NCBI GenBank assembly: GCA_028534125.1
Contig: CM052817.1
Location: 16,680,001 to 16,744,000 of the forward strand
Length of the DNA: 64,000 nucleotides
Direction: 5' to 3'
From: Lama glama
Lineage: Eukaryota
Shown here: positions 13,436 through 26,400 of the stretch, one piece after another
How positions within the stretch are numbered: position 1 is the stretch's first letter
How the letters are laid out: each line of letters begins with the position of its first letter
Notes under the pieces: generated by a model
What the model saw: only the letters and a program-made list of their open reading frames with translations
The model's database searches: none
Told to the model about the DNA's origin: nothing
Translations under genes and position numbers: made by a program

Positions 13436-15239
13436 TTCAGTTAACACGAAGCAGAAAAAAAAGTATTATATATATATTTATTTATATATGATATTCATAA
13501 TATATATTTTAGTAAGATAGCCATCAATTTATTATTAAGCCTACATCTGTAAATCCCATTTTAGCATCACGTTTAGGGAAAAAAAGAAGTTCAGTTACAT
13601 AAACTCGATGTATATAGAGAGGTCACAGGATAGCTCCCACAGAATCATCAGAATGATATTTGTATTTAACCTCATTCTTATCACTTAAAATGAGCACTTT
13701 TCTACATCATCTGGGCATATGTCCATTCACCAGCTGTATCCTTTAAAATCTTGCAGAATCACTGCTCCAGGTAAGCATCCTGGACTGTCACCTGGAGATA
13801 GGTGTATACTCACAACTTCGCCAGATCGAGTGTGGGCATCTGCAGGGTAAGTGCCACGTGGCGCTGACCACACACTGATGCTTATCTCGCTGAAGTCCTC
13901 CAGCCCGCGACAGTCCTGGCAGGACTGCTAACCTTCGTGGGAGTCTTTCCTGTCCATAGCCACACCCTCGTCTCCAACCATACAGCTCCCTGTGCATTTC
14001 CACAGCCTTTTTAAAAATCTGTGCTCGCCTCTGTAATTTTTAGATAACATTTCAGCAATTTCAAGTTTGTAACCTAATGATTCTAATGCCATTCTCTAAG
14101 ATGACTTTTTTTTTTTTCTATGATCTATCCTTCTTGGAGTCACCAGGGCGGTTCCCCCTCTCTGGTATTACTTTCGACAGGCAAACTTTGATTATTTGAC
14201 TGCCCCAGGGGATGTGCTGAAATTTAAGTTAAGTGAGATTTCAGGTAATTGAAAGAGTTTATAATGTGAACCACAGTAGCTGGGGGGTATGTGAAATTCA
14301 CTGACAGTCTTGGTTAACTGAAGTTTTGAATAACGAAGGCTGGCCTGAATATCTATTTCAATTCTTTCACTCCTGTTATTTATTTCTCTTTTCCTCCTTC
14401 TCCCCATCTTCTCACTCTCCAAAGAGTGTCCCGCTGTCAGGCCTATAAAGATGAGAAAACACAAGGGAAATGACTGGCTTGCCTCCTAGTTGGCCATACA
14501 TGGGCTAGGAAACCCCCTCGCATTCACTGAAGAGAGCATGTATTTTTAAAAATCATTGCTTGCCTATAGTGAATTTGCTCTCTCCTCCGAGCTAGGCTGA
14601 TCCGACCTTGCCTGGGGCCGAGATGCTGAAGGTGGGGCGTGCAACTCTGGTTTGTTTCAGGACAGAACACTGAAATTAACCAGGCATCTGAGCCTCTTCC
14701 TTTCCATTCAGGTTGCCAAGAGCCTGGGATATGCTGGATACAGGTGACAGCCCATGTCACCAACCCTCACATATGCAATGACAAATTAAAACATATGACA
14801 GTCATATGTGGAATACGATGATGGATTCACTGGCTATTCATTATAGGATAATAATTCGATTCAGTTGCAGAGGGCTCCGCCTGTGGGCTGGGTAGCAGTA
14901 AGAAGCCAGCAGAGTATGGACCACATTTTGGTCCAGCATTCTTTAATAGGTGTGAAAATGCTCTGGCTCTACTTCCCCTTGTCTCAGAAAAGAAATTATA
15001 AAAGACCCAGCACTCCCTGATACAGCCCCACTGCATATCTGTCAGCTCTGAGCCTTTCAGATCAGCTCCCAAACACCATGGGCAGAGGGACCTGTGGCAG
15101 TGCCTGCACTTTATAGGTGAGATATTGAGAGGATTAAGGGTGGCACTGGCTCAACTAGAACTGATTCCTGGACCATCCTTTAACAAGAGGGAATTGGGGA
15201 GTTAAAGAGACAATAGTGTCATTAATAGAAGCAAGATGG

Positions 15240-15680
15240 CACCTAGGATTTAGAGAAAAGTGGGTTTCACTGCCATCACCTACCACTGGGTCATGAGAAT
15301 CCACTCACCCATTCTGAGCTTCAGTTTCCTCGTTTTACAAAGGATGCTATGAACAACCATCATCATTTTGGAAACTACTCCGTGCCCAAAGATGATTCAT
15401 CATTTCATGAATATAAATCATTAATCTTTATCACAACTCCAAAAGGTAGACACCATTACCCCCTTTTATAGATAAGGAAGCTGAGGCTCTAAAGGGTTAA
15501 AAAAAAAAAGCATGCATCTTGCATGTGGCAAAGGTGAGATTTGAACTCAGTGCTTCCCCCTGCCCTCTCTGCTGCAGTGCCCTGCCTCTGTCACAGAAGA
15601 ATCTAAGGATTTTATGAGACAATGTGTATTTTTAAAAAGCACTCAATAAAGTCTAAAGGCACCAATCTTATTAATTATCA
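15240..15680. mobile_element. MIR cluster (opposite orientations)
   Basis: ctgagcttcagtttcctc and ttttatagataaggaagctgaggctct...gagatttgaactcag. Confidence 0.6.
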
Positions 15681-17204
15681 TGGTATCAAAAGAATCAAAA
15701 GAAGAGTGTCTGTCCTATTCAAAGAAAGAAAACAATCTCCAATCCTAAGTTTGTCAGCAGACCTTGCCTTTCTGAGAAATGTCATCTCCCTGCTGGGATG
15801 AACTGTTCCGTATGAGGGTCAGAGCGCTCGGGATGAAGATTCAACTCAAGATGGAGCATTTTGTGGGAATAGTCCCTGGCTCCCATCTCTCTGATACTTG
15901 AGTCAGGTGCAGATACTCTAAAGCAAGGAGGTGTTCATCCCAGTCTGCCCCCAAAGGCAGTCATCTGCAGCCTAGAGATCTTGAAATCAGCCATGCAAAT
16001 CCGTCACCATTTTAATTATCCAAGTAAATAGAGCTCTTCCCACCATCTGGCAAGGTTTCAACCAACCGCAATCATTAAGCTCCCCCAGTGGTTCTCTCTG
16101 GATGAGAACCACGGAGTTATCACTAAAGGGCCACTTGGGCCTCAACTTCCGCCTACAGGATGAAGGTGTCCCCAGCTGAAACTTGTGGCTGGAAGCTGTT
16201 TTTTTCCCCTCTCTCTATTCCTCACTCACATTTTTCTGAGCACTGTTAATGTACCACTTCAAATTAACTTCATCTTCGTCATTCTTACTGTCTTTCCACC
16301 AACTCTAGGCAGTACTGATTAGTGAGAAATTTTTCTCCACAGGAACTGTCAGTCCAGAACTCAGCCCCACAGCAAAAAGTTAGGAGGTTTATTCTGGAAC
16401 ATGGGTGGGTGTGCAACCCCAGTGATTCAAATCACCAGAGATTTCAGAGACCAGACTAAATTGTAAATACTTCTTAAGGCGAGGACTCTGTCCAGGTCTG
16501 TTTCTCCGGCTGATAACTGTGCAAATGAGCGGATTATGTCAGTGGAAGATGCCCGTGGGTGACCAGAATTAATTATGGCTTTCAAGAAAGATGGCAAAAT
16601 CCTCACTGGCTACAAATCACCAACTGACCACAAGGTAATGTTGGAGATAATTTTATTTGCTTTCCTGACAGTCAGTCTGTTCACTAACCCACTACCTCTG
16701 TCATCTCCGTTCATCAGGGTAGCATTTGAATGACAATAAAATGTGTTGCTCCAGTCTACTCTTCTGCAAGTACAGAATTAAGACGTGACACTTAAAAAAT
16801 TCCTTGGGGAAGGACACACAGACATCACTGATGCAGGTAATGTCAAGGTTCGGGCATTTCTCTTTCAGCAAAGAAAATTCAGTGATAATTCAGGATAACT
16901 ACAGACAGTAGCATCAGATTGCAAATTGCTGAATATATGATCAGTCTGACCACTCCAAAAGAAGATGAAATTTCAGAGGCAGACAGGCCTAAAAGGCTAC
17001 AGAGGGCAGTGGATATCCTGAGTAAGACCTTGAGCTTGAGACCCAGATATGCTCATGGAAACATCCCTCAAAACACAGATGGGACCCTCCTCTACCAGTG
17101 ACTGTGTACCAGGCAGTGCTCTGGGCACTTCACACACATTAGCTCATTTGTCCTCACCATGTCCTCTGTGAGGTAGGTACCACTATGATCTCCTATATTC
17201 ATAT

Positions 17205-18050
17205 ACACTGCTGGTCAATAAGATGGAAACAGAAGTGTCCTTTGGGATTTCAGGGATGTTTCCTTAAGGGGGTGGGGGGATACACTCCTTTGTCCATCTT
17301 CCCCAGTCCTGTAATATATTGGTCCACAAAACGGAAAACCTCACTCTTGGAACAGAGTGGTAGAGTGGAGAAATGGAAGGTACCTGGATCCCCGACAAAA
17401 GGTGAGCCACCACATCCACCCAAACTGCCCACCTCCAGATGTACTGTACATGTGCTGGTTGTTAGCATAACTGACGCCATCTTGGGCGCTTATAGTTTCT
17501 TCTGTCCTTTTGCTGACCTTACCCAGGACAATAGTGTGCAGTAAATCACTTCTCTGTCGTCAAAGGCTTTGTAGTTAATAGAAATTGTTTAATAATCACT
17601 AGGATCAGGTGGCCTCTACGCTCTGTTAGTTCCCAAACAATGATGAAAACCTTCCCTGACGTGTTTTCGGTGCCCATGAGACTAGTTACCCATTCATGAA
17701 TCTTGACTTAGGCACGTACATTCTGTTTCCAAGCACCTACCCCCACACTCTAAGTTAACTATAAAATTGTCCCAATGGCCCCTCAGTGGTGCAGACTGTA
17801 TCTGTGAATGCTTCCGGACCATTGTCCCCGATCCCACTCTGTGAGTAAATCACCCCATAATAAACTGACCTATTGATTATATAGAGCTGCCTACCTCATT
17901 TTTCAGTCTCAAGATGCCTTCTTAGTTCAGTGGGCACTTTTCTTTCCCTCTGTCCTCCAACAACATGAACTAGAAATACAGATAATTCTATCTTATTTAA
18001 ATCACTGTTATTTCTGGTATTAAATTAAAAGTAACCCCAAGTAATATACA
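17205..18050 (+). mobile_element. Old MLT1-type LTR split by the younger LTR at 17453-17962
   Basis: ctgcccacctccagatgtactgtacatg resumes as aactagaaata...ttctatcttatttaaatcactgttatttctgg, a continuous MLT1 3' pattern. Confidence 0.65.
17453..17962 (+). mobile_element. ERV solo LTR (510 bp) with 5-bp TSD ACATG
   Basis: Termini TGCTGG...CCAACA. ACATG at 17448-17452 and 17963-17967. TATAAAA at 17760-17766 and AATAAA at 17859-17864. Confidence 0.85.
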
Positions 18051-18084
18051 GATATGCCCAAACAACTGATTCTGAGCAAATTTC

Positions 18085-20052
18085 AGAAAGAGAAATTAAG
18101 AATACAACTGCATCAAAAAGAATAAAATTAGGAATAAATCTATCTAAGGAAGTAAAAAAACTGTACTTGAAAAACTATAAGACAATGATGAAAGGAACTG
18201 AAGATGATGCAAACAGATGGAAAGTTACATCATGTTCACAGACTGGAAGAATTAACATTGTTAAAATGACCATACTATCCAAGGCAATCTACAGATTCAA
18301 AGCAAGCTCTATAAAAATACCAGTGGCATTCTTCATAGAATTAAAACAAATAATTCCAAAATTTGTATAGAAACACAAAAGACTCTGAGTAGTCAAAACA
18401 ATTTTGAGAAAGAAGAACACACCTGGAGGTATTATGCGCCCTGATTTCAAACTATACTACAAAGCTACAGTCATCAAACTGTATGGTATTAGCACAAAAA
18501 CAGACATATAAATCAATGGAATAGAATAGACAGTCCAGGAATGAACCCACACTTACAGGGGGAATTAATCTATGACAAAGGAGGCAAGACCATACAATAG
18601 AGAAGAGACAGCCTGTTCAATACATGGTGTTGGAAAAACTAGACAGCTACATGCAAAAGAATCAAACTGGAACACTCTCTCACACTATATGCAAAAATAA
18701 ATTCAAAATGGATTAAAGGCTGATGCCACAAAACTTCTAGAAAGAAGCATAGACAGTACTCTCTTTGACATTAGTTTCAGTAATTTTTTTTAGATATGTC
18801 TCCTCAGGCAAGGAAAATAAAAGCAAAAATAAACAAATGGGACATCAAAATAAAAAGCTTTTGCATATCAAAGGAAACTATCAATGAAACAAACAGGCTA
18901 CTTACTGAAAGGGAGAAGGTATTTGCAAATGACATATCATTTAAGGGGTTAATATCCACAATATACAAAGAACTCATACAACTCACCATCAAAAAACACA
19001 AACAATAAATTAGAAAAATGGGCAGAGGATATGAATAGACATTTTTCCTAAGAAGACATACAAATGGTCAACAGGTACATGAAAAGATACTCAATATTAC
19101 TAATTATCAGGGAAATGCAAATCAAAACCACAATGAGATATGACCTCACACCTATCAGAATGGCTATTATCAAAAAGACAACAATCAACAAGTGTTGGTG
19201 AGGATGGAGAGAAAAGGGAACCCTCGTGCACTGCTGGTGAGAATACAAATTGTTGCAGTCACTATAGAAAACAGTATAAAGACTCCTCAAAAAGTTAAAA
19301 ATAGAACTACCATATGATCCAGTAATTTTACTCCTAGGCATTTATCAGAAGAAAATAAAAACACCAATTAGAAAAGATATATGCACCCCATGTTCGTTAC
19401 AGCATTATTTACAATAGTCAAGATACAGAAACAACCCAAGTGCCCATCAAGAGATGAGTGGGTAAAAAGGATGTGGTACATATATATACAATGGAATATT
19501 ACTCAGCCATAAAAAGGAATGAAATCTTGCCACTGGTGAAAACATGGATGGACCTAGAGGGTATTATGCTAAGTGAAATAAGTCAGACAGAGAAAGACAA
19601 ATAGTGTATGATTTCACTTATATGTGGAATCTGAAAAAACAAAACAAGTTAACAAACAGAACAAAACAGAAATAGAGTTACAGATAGAGAGAACAGGTGG
19701 TTGCCAGGCAGGAGGGGTGTAGGGGGAGGCGGAATTGAATGAAGGTGGACAAAAGGCACAAACGTTCAGTTAAAGATAAATAAGTACTGGAGTTGTAATG
19801 TACAACATGATAAATATAATTAACACTGCTGTCTGTTACATATGAAAGTTGTTAAGAGAGTAAAACCTAAGAGTTCCCATCACAAGAAAAAAAATTTTTC
19901 TATTTAATTTTGTACCTATATGAGATGATGGATGTTCACTAAACTTACTGAGCTAAACATTTCATGATGTATGTAAGTCAAATCATTACACTGTATACAT
20001 TAAACTTATACAGTATGTCAATTTTATCTCAATAAAACTGGAAGAAAAAAAG
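18085..20052 (+). mobile_element. 5'-truncated, disrupted LINE-1 (ORF2 C-terminal part plus 3' UTR, L1MA-like)
   Basis: ORF pieces 18167-18370 (GRINIVKMTILSKAIYRF..IKIP) and 18796-19008 (KAKINKWD.IK.KSFC) are L1 ORF2p. Ends aataaaactggaagaaaaaaa. Contains stops and frameshifts. Confidence 0.95.
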
Positions 20053-20084
20053 AAACTGGAGACATGGGTAAAAGGTAAAAAAAA

Positions 20085-20245
20085 TCATCTATATTGTCAC
20101 ATATATTAATTCATTCCTTTTTATTAGTGAGTAGTACTCCATCACATGGATGTAACACAATTTGTTTATCCAGTCATCAAGCAATAGACATTGGGATGGT
20201 TTCCATTATTTTGCCTAATATGAATCAAACTTCTTTGTATATTCA
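20085..20245 (-). mobile_element. Antisense L1 3'-region fragment
   Basis: ttcattcctttttattagtgagtagtactccat...tttgtttatccagtcatc. Confidence 0.7.
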
Positions 20246-21789
20246 AGTAACAAAAAATCCTAAATAATATATCTAAATGACCAAGCAACTGATATTGAGG
20301 AAATGTATCACCTTATAATGTAAGATATGTGACTGAGTTCATAATAGAATCCTATGTCACCACTGAGAGGTGACACTGGGTATCCATAACACAAAAGTGT
20401 ATAAGGACTATATCAAGGTACTAAATAGAGTTTAAATGAAAGAACATTTCCCTTCCAACTCCATAATTCAAAATACATACTTCCTAAAAATGATCACTCC
20501 ACTCTAGCAGGTTAGTTTGTTCATTCATTCATTCATTCATTTACTCCCTCGTTCATCTGGTGAGGCTGTGGTAGAGTGGGAGAAATGCAGGCTTTGGGAT
20601 CAGGAAAACCTGGGGTTCAAATCCCAGCTCCTGCCTTACTCGCATCTTCCCTCACGTTCACGCATCATCTCAGTCCTGGGGACCACAGCTGTAAAACGGT
20701 GGCAACTCCAGCTGCCTCCCGAGGCTGTTGTGAGGAATAAACGACAATGCAAAACTAAAACATCCTGCTCATTCAAAAGGGCTCAAAAACATGTTTCCTT
20801 TTTCCTTTAAGTATGTGCCTGAACTGAATGTTAAACAAAAAACACTTCATGAGCTTAGAGTCCCTCACTTCTGTGGAGCCGGGGCTCAGACAGGGCTGGG
20901 TCATCTGGCACTTCTGCCATGTGGTGCCTGGCACACAACAAGTGCCTAAAAAATGGAAACAATTTAAGTACAACTTTCCTGCTAACGGTAATAATGCTGA
21001 TACCAAGAGGCACAGCAGCAGAGGGATCACGGTAACCGTGGCAGTAAAATAATTAAAAGCTAAACCCAGAGAGGGTGAAATCGGAGGTTCCCAAACGTGC
21101 ATGGTCCGAGGCCACACAGTGGAGACTGAACTGCGTGGCACTGGGTAGGAGAGTGTTTCTGGGAGACAAGTGGCATTTTTCTCCTTGTCAGTGTCTTCAT
21201 GGATGATTCCACCAAAGAAAACAGCGATTTCCCTTGCTCACCAATGTCACCTTAAAAGCATCTCTCTCTAAACCCAAGTGTCTAAATTGTCCAATGAATT
21301 CCCCTCCTCTTTTATAGAGGAATTTTTTTAAAAAGAAGTTGCAGAATGAGATGGATGAACACCCTGGAATTCGCTCTCCCGTGCACACCTTTATACCACG
21401 TGCTACCTGCAACTTGAGGTGCCCTTTCCAATACACACGGGCTGGTAATTAGGACGTTTCGCATAACACACACATGTTCAAAGCAACTAAGTGAGCCAGG
21501 GAAGGCACAAGCTGGCCTTACAAACACCACAGGAAGATCTTGAAGTTGCTGGAGCTAAACAGAATCCCGGATGTCAGACATCTGGGCTTTCTGATAGTGG
21601 GAGACGCTGCAATAAGTATTCCTAAAACAGAGCCTCGAAGTACAGCAGATGTCTGACTTGTCAATACTGCACGTCCTGTGCTGCCTTTAAGACAGATGCG
21701 GATGCTGATGACGAGTTAAGGACCTACTCACTACTTATTGAGGAGCAGAAAAAAGAACAAGTTATAAAACCAGCCTGGAATGACCCAGG

Positions 21790-21970
21790 TCAGAACAGTG
21801 GTTTCCTGGCTGGGGGAGGATGCTGACTGGGAGAGGGCACGCGAACCGTCTGGGAGCCTGGGGCCGCTCTGCATCCCGATCTGGGCGGCGGTCACACAGG
21901 TGTGTAAAAATGCATCCAGCATCCACTGTGTGCATTCACGGTACGAACGTTAGCCTCAATACAAAGGGAA
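21790..21970 (+). mobile_element. Old L1 (L1MC/MD-like) 3' end
   Basis: gtcagaacagtggtt...tgactgggagagggcac...gatctgggcggcggtcacacaggtgtgt...cctcaat. Confidence 0.6.
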
Positions 21971-23479
21971 AAATCAAATAGCATATGATGTAAACTCAGT
22001 TTTAGAAATAAAGGTATGGGGCAATGTCTGAAAGTTTATACACTAGAATGTCAATAGCAGTCAACTCTGGCTAGTGGAATTATGGTTTTTCCTTTGAAAC
22101 ATACCTATATTTTCTAAATTGGAGGGGGCAGTGAATTCACATTACTTGGAAATTTAAAGATAAATCCATCATGACCCGAGGTCTTATCATCTCTAGGTAA
22201 CACCTTCAGCCACTTAGTTTTCTTCCCCGACCTTTCCTTGTTCACAGATTCAGGACATCAAGGGCAGGGCCCCGCTGCTGCAAGGACCCTCTGTGATGGG
22301 GGTGAACAGGTGGGCGTGGGAGGTTAGAGGCCCTCACTTCTGCGGAGCCGGGGCTCACACAGGGCTGGGCCACCTGGCACACCTGCCTTCAGCCCACAAC
22401 ACGCAGGGGGCGTCCTGACCATCTTTCAGGATGTGGTCGCAGCTGCAGGTCTTCTGACACCACTTTTACTCGACTTCCAACCTAAACTGAAGTCTTGGCA
22501 GGAGTCTGCAACCAGACCCCAAAGGTCTCTTTTTCAGCTTAAGTTCTTAGGTGGAGAGCTGGGTCAGCTGAGCTGAGTGTGCAGAGATCTGAACCCAAGG
22601 CTCCCAGAGAGAAAACCTTCTGACCCTCAAGTGTAAAGGCTTAGCTCCACATGCTTGCTTCTTGCTGAGTGATCATAAAAAAAGGACTCTGTATTTTTTA
22701 ATATTTCGTAAACACTCTGAATTTCCGTTTCTTCGTCTATAAAATAAGGACACTTCCCCCTGCTCATTCTAACTGATAAAGTGGCTACAAGAATTAGATT
22801 ACGGAACACAAAGGATGGTGATGACACCCTGTTGGGTTTTGCACCCCAACTTTTAGCAAAGTGCCTGGGACCTAATCCTCTTAAATACCAGAGGAAGAAA
22901 GACAGACTTAAGGAGTTATTTTTATTACTTCTCATGATAAGAAAATGGCCATACGGACCCCCCAAACTGCGTTTCTTTGCATGAGAGGCAATTGTGGGTG
23001 GCAAATAACCTTGAAACAAACTTAAATTCTAGTCCAGAGCAGAGTTAAAGATGTTCAGACACACTCTAACACAGGTCAGAATCCATAATAGAAAGTGGCT
23101 CTTTATAATCAAATGATTTCCCACCCGCAGCTTCTGCCTGACGCTTTTCAAGTAATAGATCTGATGGAATAAAATTCCAGTCTGGAAGAAAGGAAGGAGA
23201 AGGAATGGTGGGAGGGAGAGTGGGAGGGAGGAACCGACTTCTAGTAAATTCAGAAACCACTTAGAGCTTATTAAAAGGAGATATGACTTATTACCTTAAT
23301 CACCATCTATATTTTGAGAGTCAGAAGGCCTGTGACATCAAATGGAGGGAAGGGGACCTGGGAGAGAGGAACAAGTAAACATGCTATTCTGACAAACAAA
23401 AAGGACACCCTTGTTTTAATTCAGTAGTTTTCCAGTTCAAGCGGTAGCTGAGAAGCCACTGGGTTTGTCGTCTCTTTTA

Positions 23480-26400
23480 GATTTGTTCACTACATGCAGG
23501 ACATGGTTCCAGGCACAATGGGAAATTGAAAAATGAATCCGCCCATCCTGCGCTGAGGAATTCCAGACTGGAGGCAAGGCATGGACAGAAACAATTCCAT
23601 TGTGTGGCACCAGGGAGCTGCTGGTCACGGAGGTGTGTCAAGATGCTTGGGATTGCAGAAGGCAAAAGACCTTTCAGGTGGGGATCAAGGTGGTCATGAC
23701 CAAACCTTGAAAGAGGAGTGAGGAGAAGGAAGGGAACAGGAGTTCTAGGCAGGAGCATGGACTGAGCAAGGCCAGGTGCAGGGAAGCAAAAACCCCAGGG
23801 GGTTCTGTTTGCCAGGAGCACAGGACTTGTGAAAAGGAGAAATGCGAAATAAGGCATTTTTGTTTTGTCTGGACAAAAGAAAGGCCTTAAATGACAACAG
23901 AGTCTGAGCCCAGGTGAGGGCCAATAGGACCTTGGAGGTTTCTGAGCTAGAAAGGGTCAGGATCACAGCTGTGCCTCCAGACCCCCGACCAGGCAGTGAT
24001 GGATGGGATGGAAAGGCAGAAAGAGATGCAGGAGGCAGGGAGGCTGATGGGGAAGCACCTGCAAGAATTGAGGAGGGAGGTGAATGCTAGTTCTTTGTGA
24101 GCAAGTGCTGTGTCTTGAGCACTGAAATCAGCTGACTGTGAGGCTCATTCAAACCCCCAACAAACGATGACAAATACAGAGTGGTCAGCAGGAGACCAGA
24201 CTGAGGGGGAGTGAGAAGGGTCCAGGGTCAGGAGGTGAATAAGGGGAGAGCAGAAGAGGCCATGTGATGGAAGCTGCCCAGGAGATGATTGATCGAGCAG
24301 CCTGCAAATGCGCTGGAAGTTCTGGCAAAGCTGGAGACAGTCGGAAAAGCAGAAAAGGTTACAGATTGACCCCGACAGCACTCGCCAGTCTGGAGCAAAT
24401 TAAAAGGCAAATTGGACCTGGCTAAAAAAAAAAAAGGGGAGTCCCATTGCTGCCACCTCCAATATTGCCTTGGTCATGGGGTCTGCAGATGGCAGAGCAA
24501 GCAGGTACGTCAATCTGCGCCCCATCGATATGAATTCTCAATGGCATCACGTTGACAGCCAGCAGCTGACCCATCACCTCCCTCTGCTGAAGCATCTCCA
24601 AAGTCCCGGGAAGGGTTTTCCTAAAGCTCGGGCAAGGACGGGACCACCACCTCGGCTGCAGACGGTTGGGGCCATTAAAACACACTTTCACGTACCTCAT
24701 CTCACTTTATCCTCATCTTAGGTGAGGGACGCAAGGCAGGTACTGTTACTCTCATTGTATAAAGTCCAGAGAAACTGAAGTCTGGAAAAGTCAGGACATT
24801 TGCCCGAGACCACGAGCTACCCAGTGGTAGGGTTTGGTGACTTATGTAACCCACTGCAGCCTGAGACAGGAAGCTGGCCAGGACACCAGGCATATGCTGG
24901 GCCATGTGGAACTCACTCTCATCTCCTTCACAGCCATGCTCAGCTTGGGGAGAGGTTGGAAGTGGGGCACCCCATCAGGTGAGCAGGGCTGGTTTCACAG
25001 AGAATGTTGGAAATGGCAAGGAAAACTGTCTTCCCTTCCCTTCATTCCTTCCATCCCTCCCTCCCTTTCCTCTCCAAGTACCTGCCCAGTATCATGTGCC
25101 TGGCGCTGTGCGAGACGTTGGTAACCACCCACCTCTTCCTCAGGGACCCATTCCCTTACCTTCTCATCCTGATCGCAATCCCCCATACCACCTTCCTAAC
25201 TGAAATTTACCACCCACTTCCCAATCTCTTGAGGTAGGAAACCAAGTGGAGGTTATGACATTTGAGCTGAGCTTTAAAATGTGAGTAGGAGGTGGTCTAT
25301 GGACATAAGCCAAGACCTAGAGATGCCTCAGGGTATGGAATGATCTGGTAGCAGTTCTATGGCGGGGTTGGGGGAGGCGGTGGCATTAGAGGCACAGAGC
25401 AGTTACTGAAGGTGAGGTGAGGGCAGGCCGTTGGAGGACACCTGAGGAATGGCTCTCCCTCTGCAGGCTCTGGAAAGCCATCAGAGAACTTTAGGCAAAG
25501 GAGTGGTGAATCATGTCAGTGCTGGGAATGACAACTCTAGTACCATCGTGGAAAGATCTTAGAGGGTGTTGCAAATATGCTGGGAAGAGTGGATGAGAAC
25601 CTGGGTGGTGGTGGGATAGTAAGAAAGGTGACACAGAGCCCTGATTTGAGGACTTGTTCCAAAGCAGAAAAGATGGGCCTTCATAAACAATTAGATGGGG
25701 GGTGGAATTTGGGAAGAACAATCAAGGACGCTTCCATAGTGATGCCATTAACTGAGATGGGATAGAAGAGGGGAAGAGGTGGGAAGGGCGGGAGGCAGAG
25801 GGAAGGTGAACTCAATTTAGGGCGCACTGAGCAAGAGGGTCTGGAGGACACCTCCAGCGGCCCCATGGAGGGAGGCAAAGCCCTGCGTGCAGGGGAAGAA
25901 GCGTGGAGTATCAGGCAGGTTGAGGCCAGAAGAAAGACCACAAGGTGTGGCAAATAGGAGGCTGGTCTTTGGGAGGCCTTGACAGGAGCATTTTCAGGAG
26001 AAAAGCAGAGGTGGAAGGCAGACCCAGGTGGGTTGAGGGTGGATAAGAGCAAGGAGACAGAGGGACAGGGACAGGGGCAGGTGACCTCCTATGTTCTGCT
26101 CAACCCTCATCCCTAGGCAACCTCTTACTCATGCCCTTTGAGTTGCCTCCAGAATGGAGGCCATTCAGAGCCCCAGGAATCTCTGTAGCTATCCGGGCAC
26201 TCAAGGTCAGCTTAACAAACAGCACCTGATGTCCCACTATGTGTCTCAAGCAGAGGAAGACATCTGGGATTTCCCAAGCAAGCCTGCGTTTTGCCACCTC
26301 TGTGCCTTTGCTATCTCCATTCCCTCTGCCTTGAACACCCTTCCTCTGCATTTCCTCTGGCAGAAATCCTGCCAAACTTCCTGGCCCAAGTGCCACCCTC

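Noticed and set aside
18167..19341. ORFs resembling a reverse transcriptase gene or a membrane protein
   Set aside because: Sense and antisense fragments of a disrupted, 5'-truncated L1.
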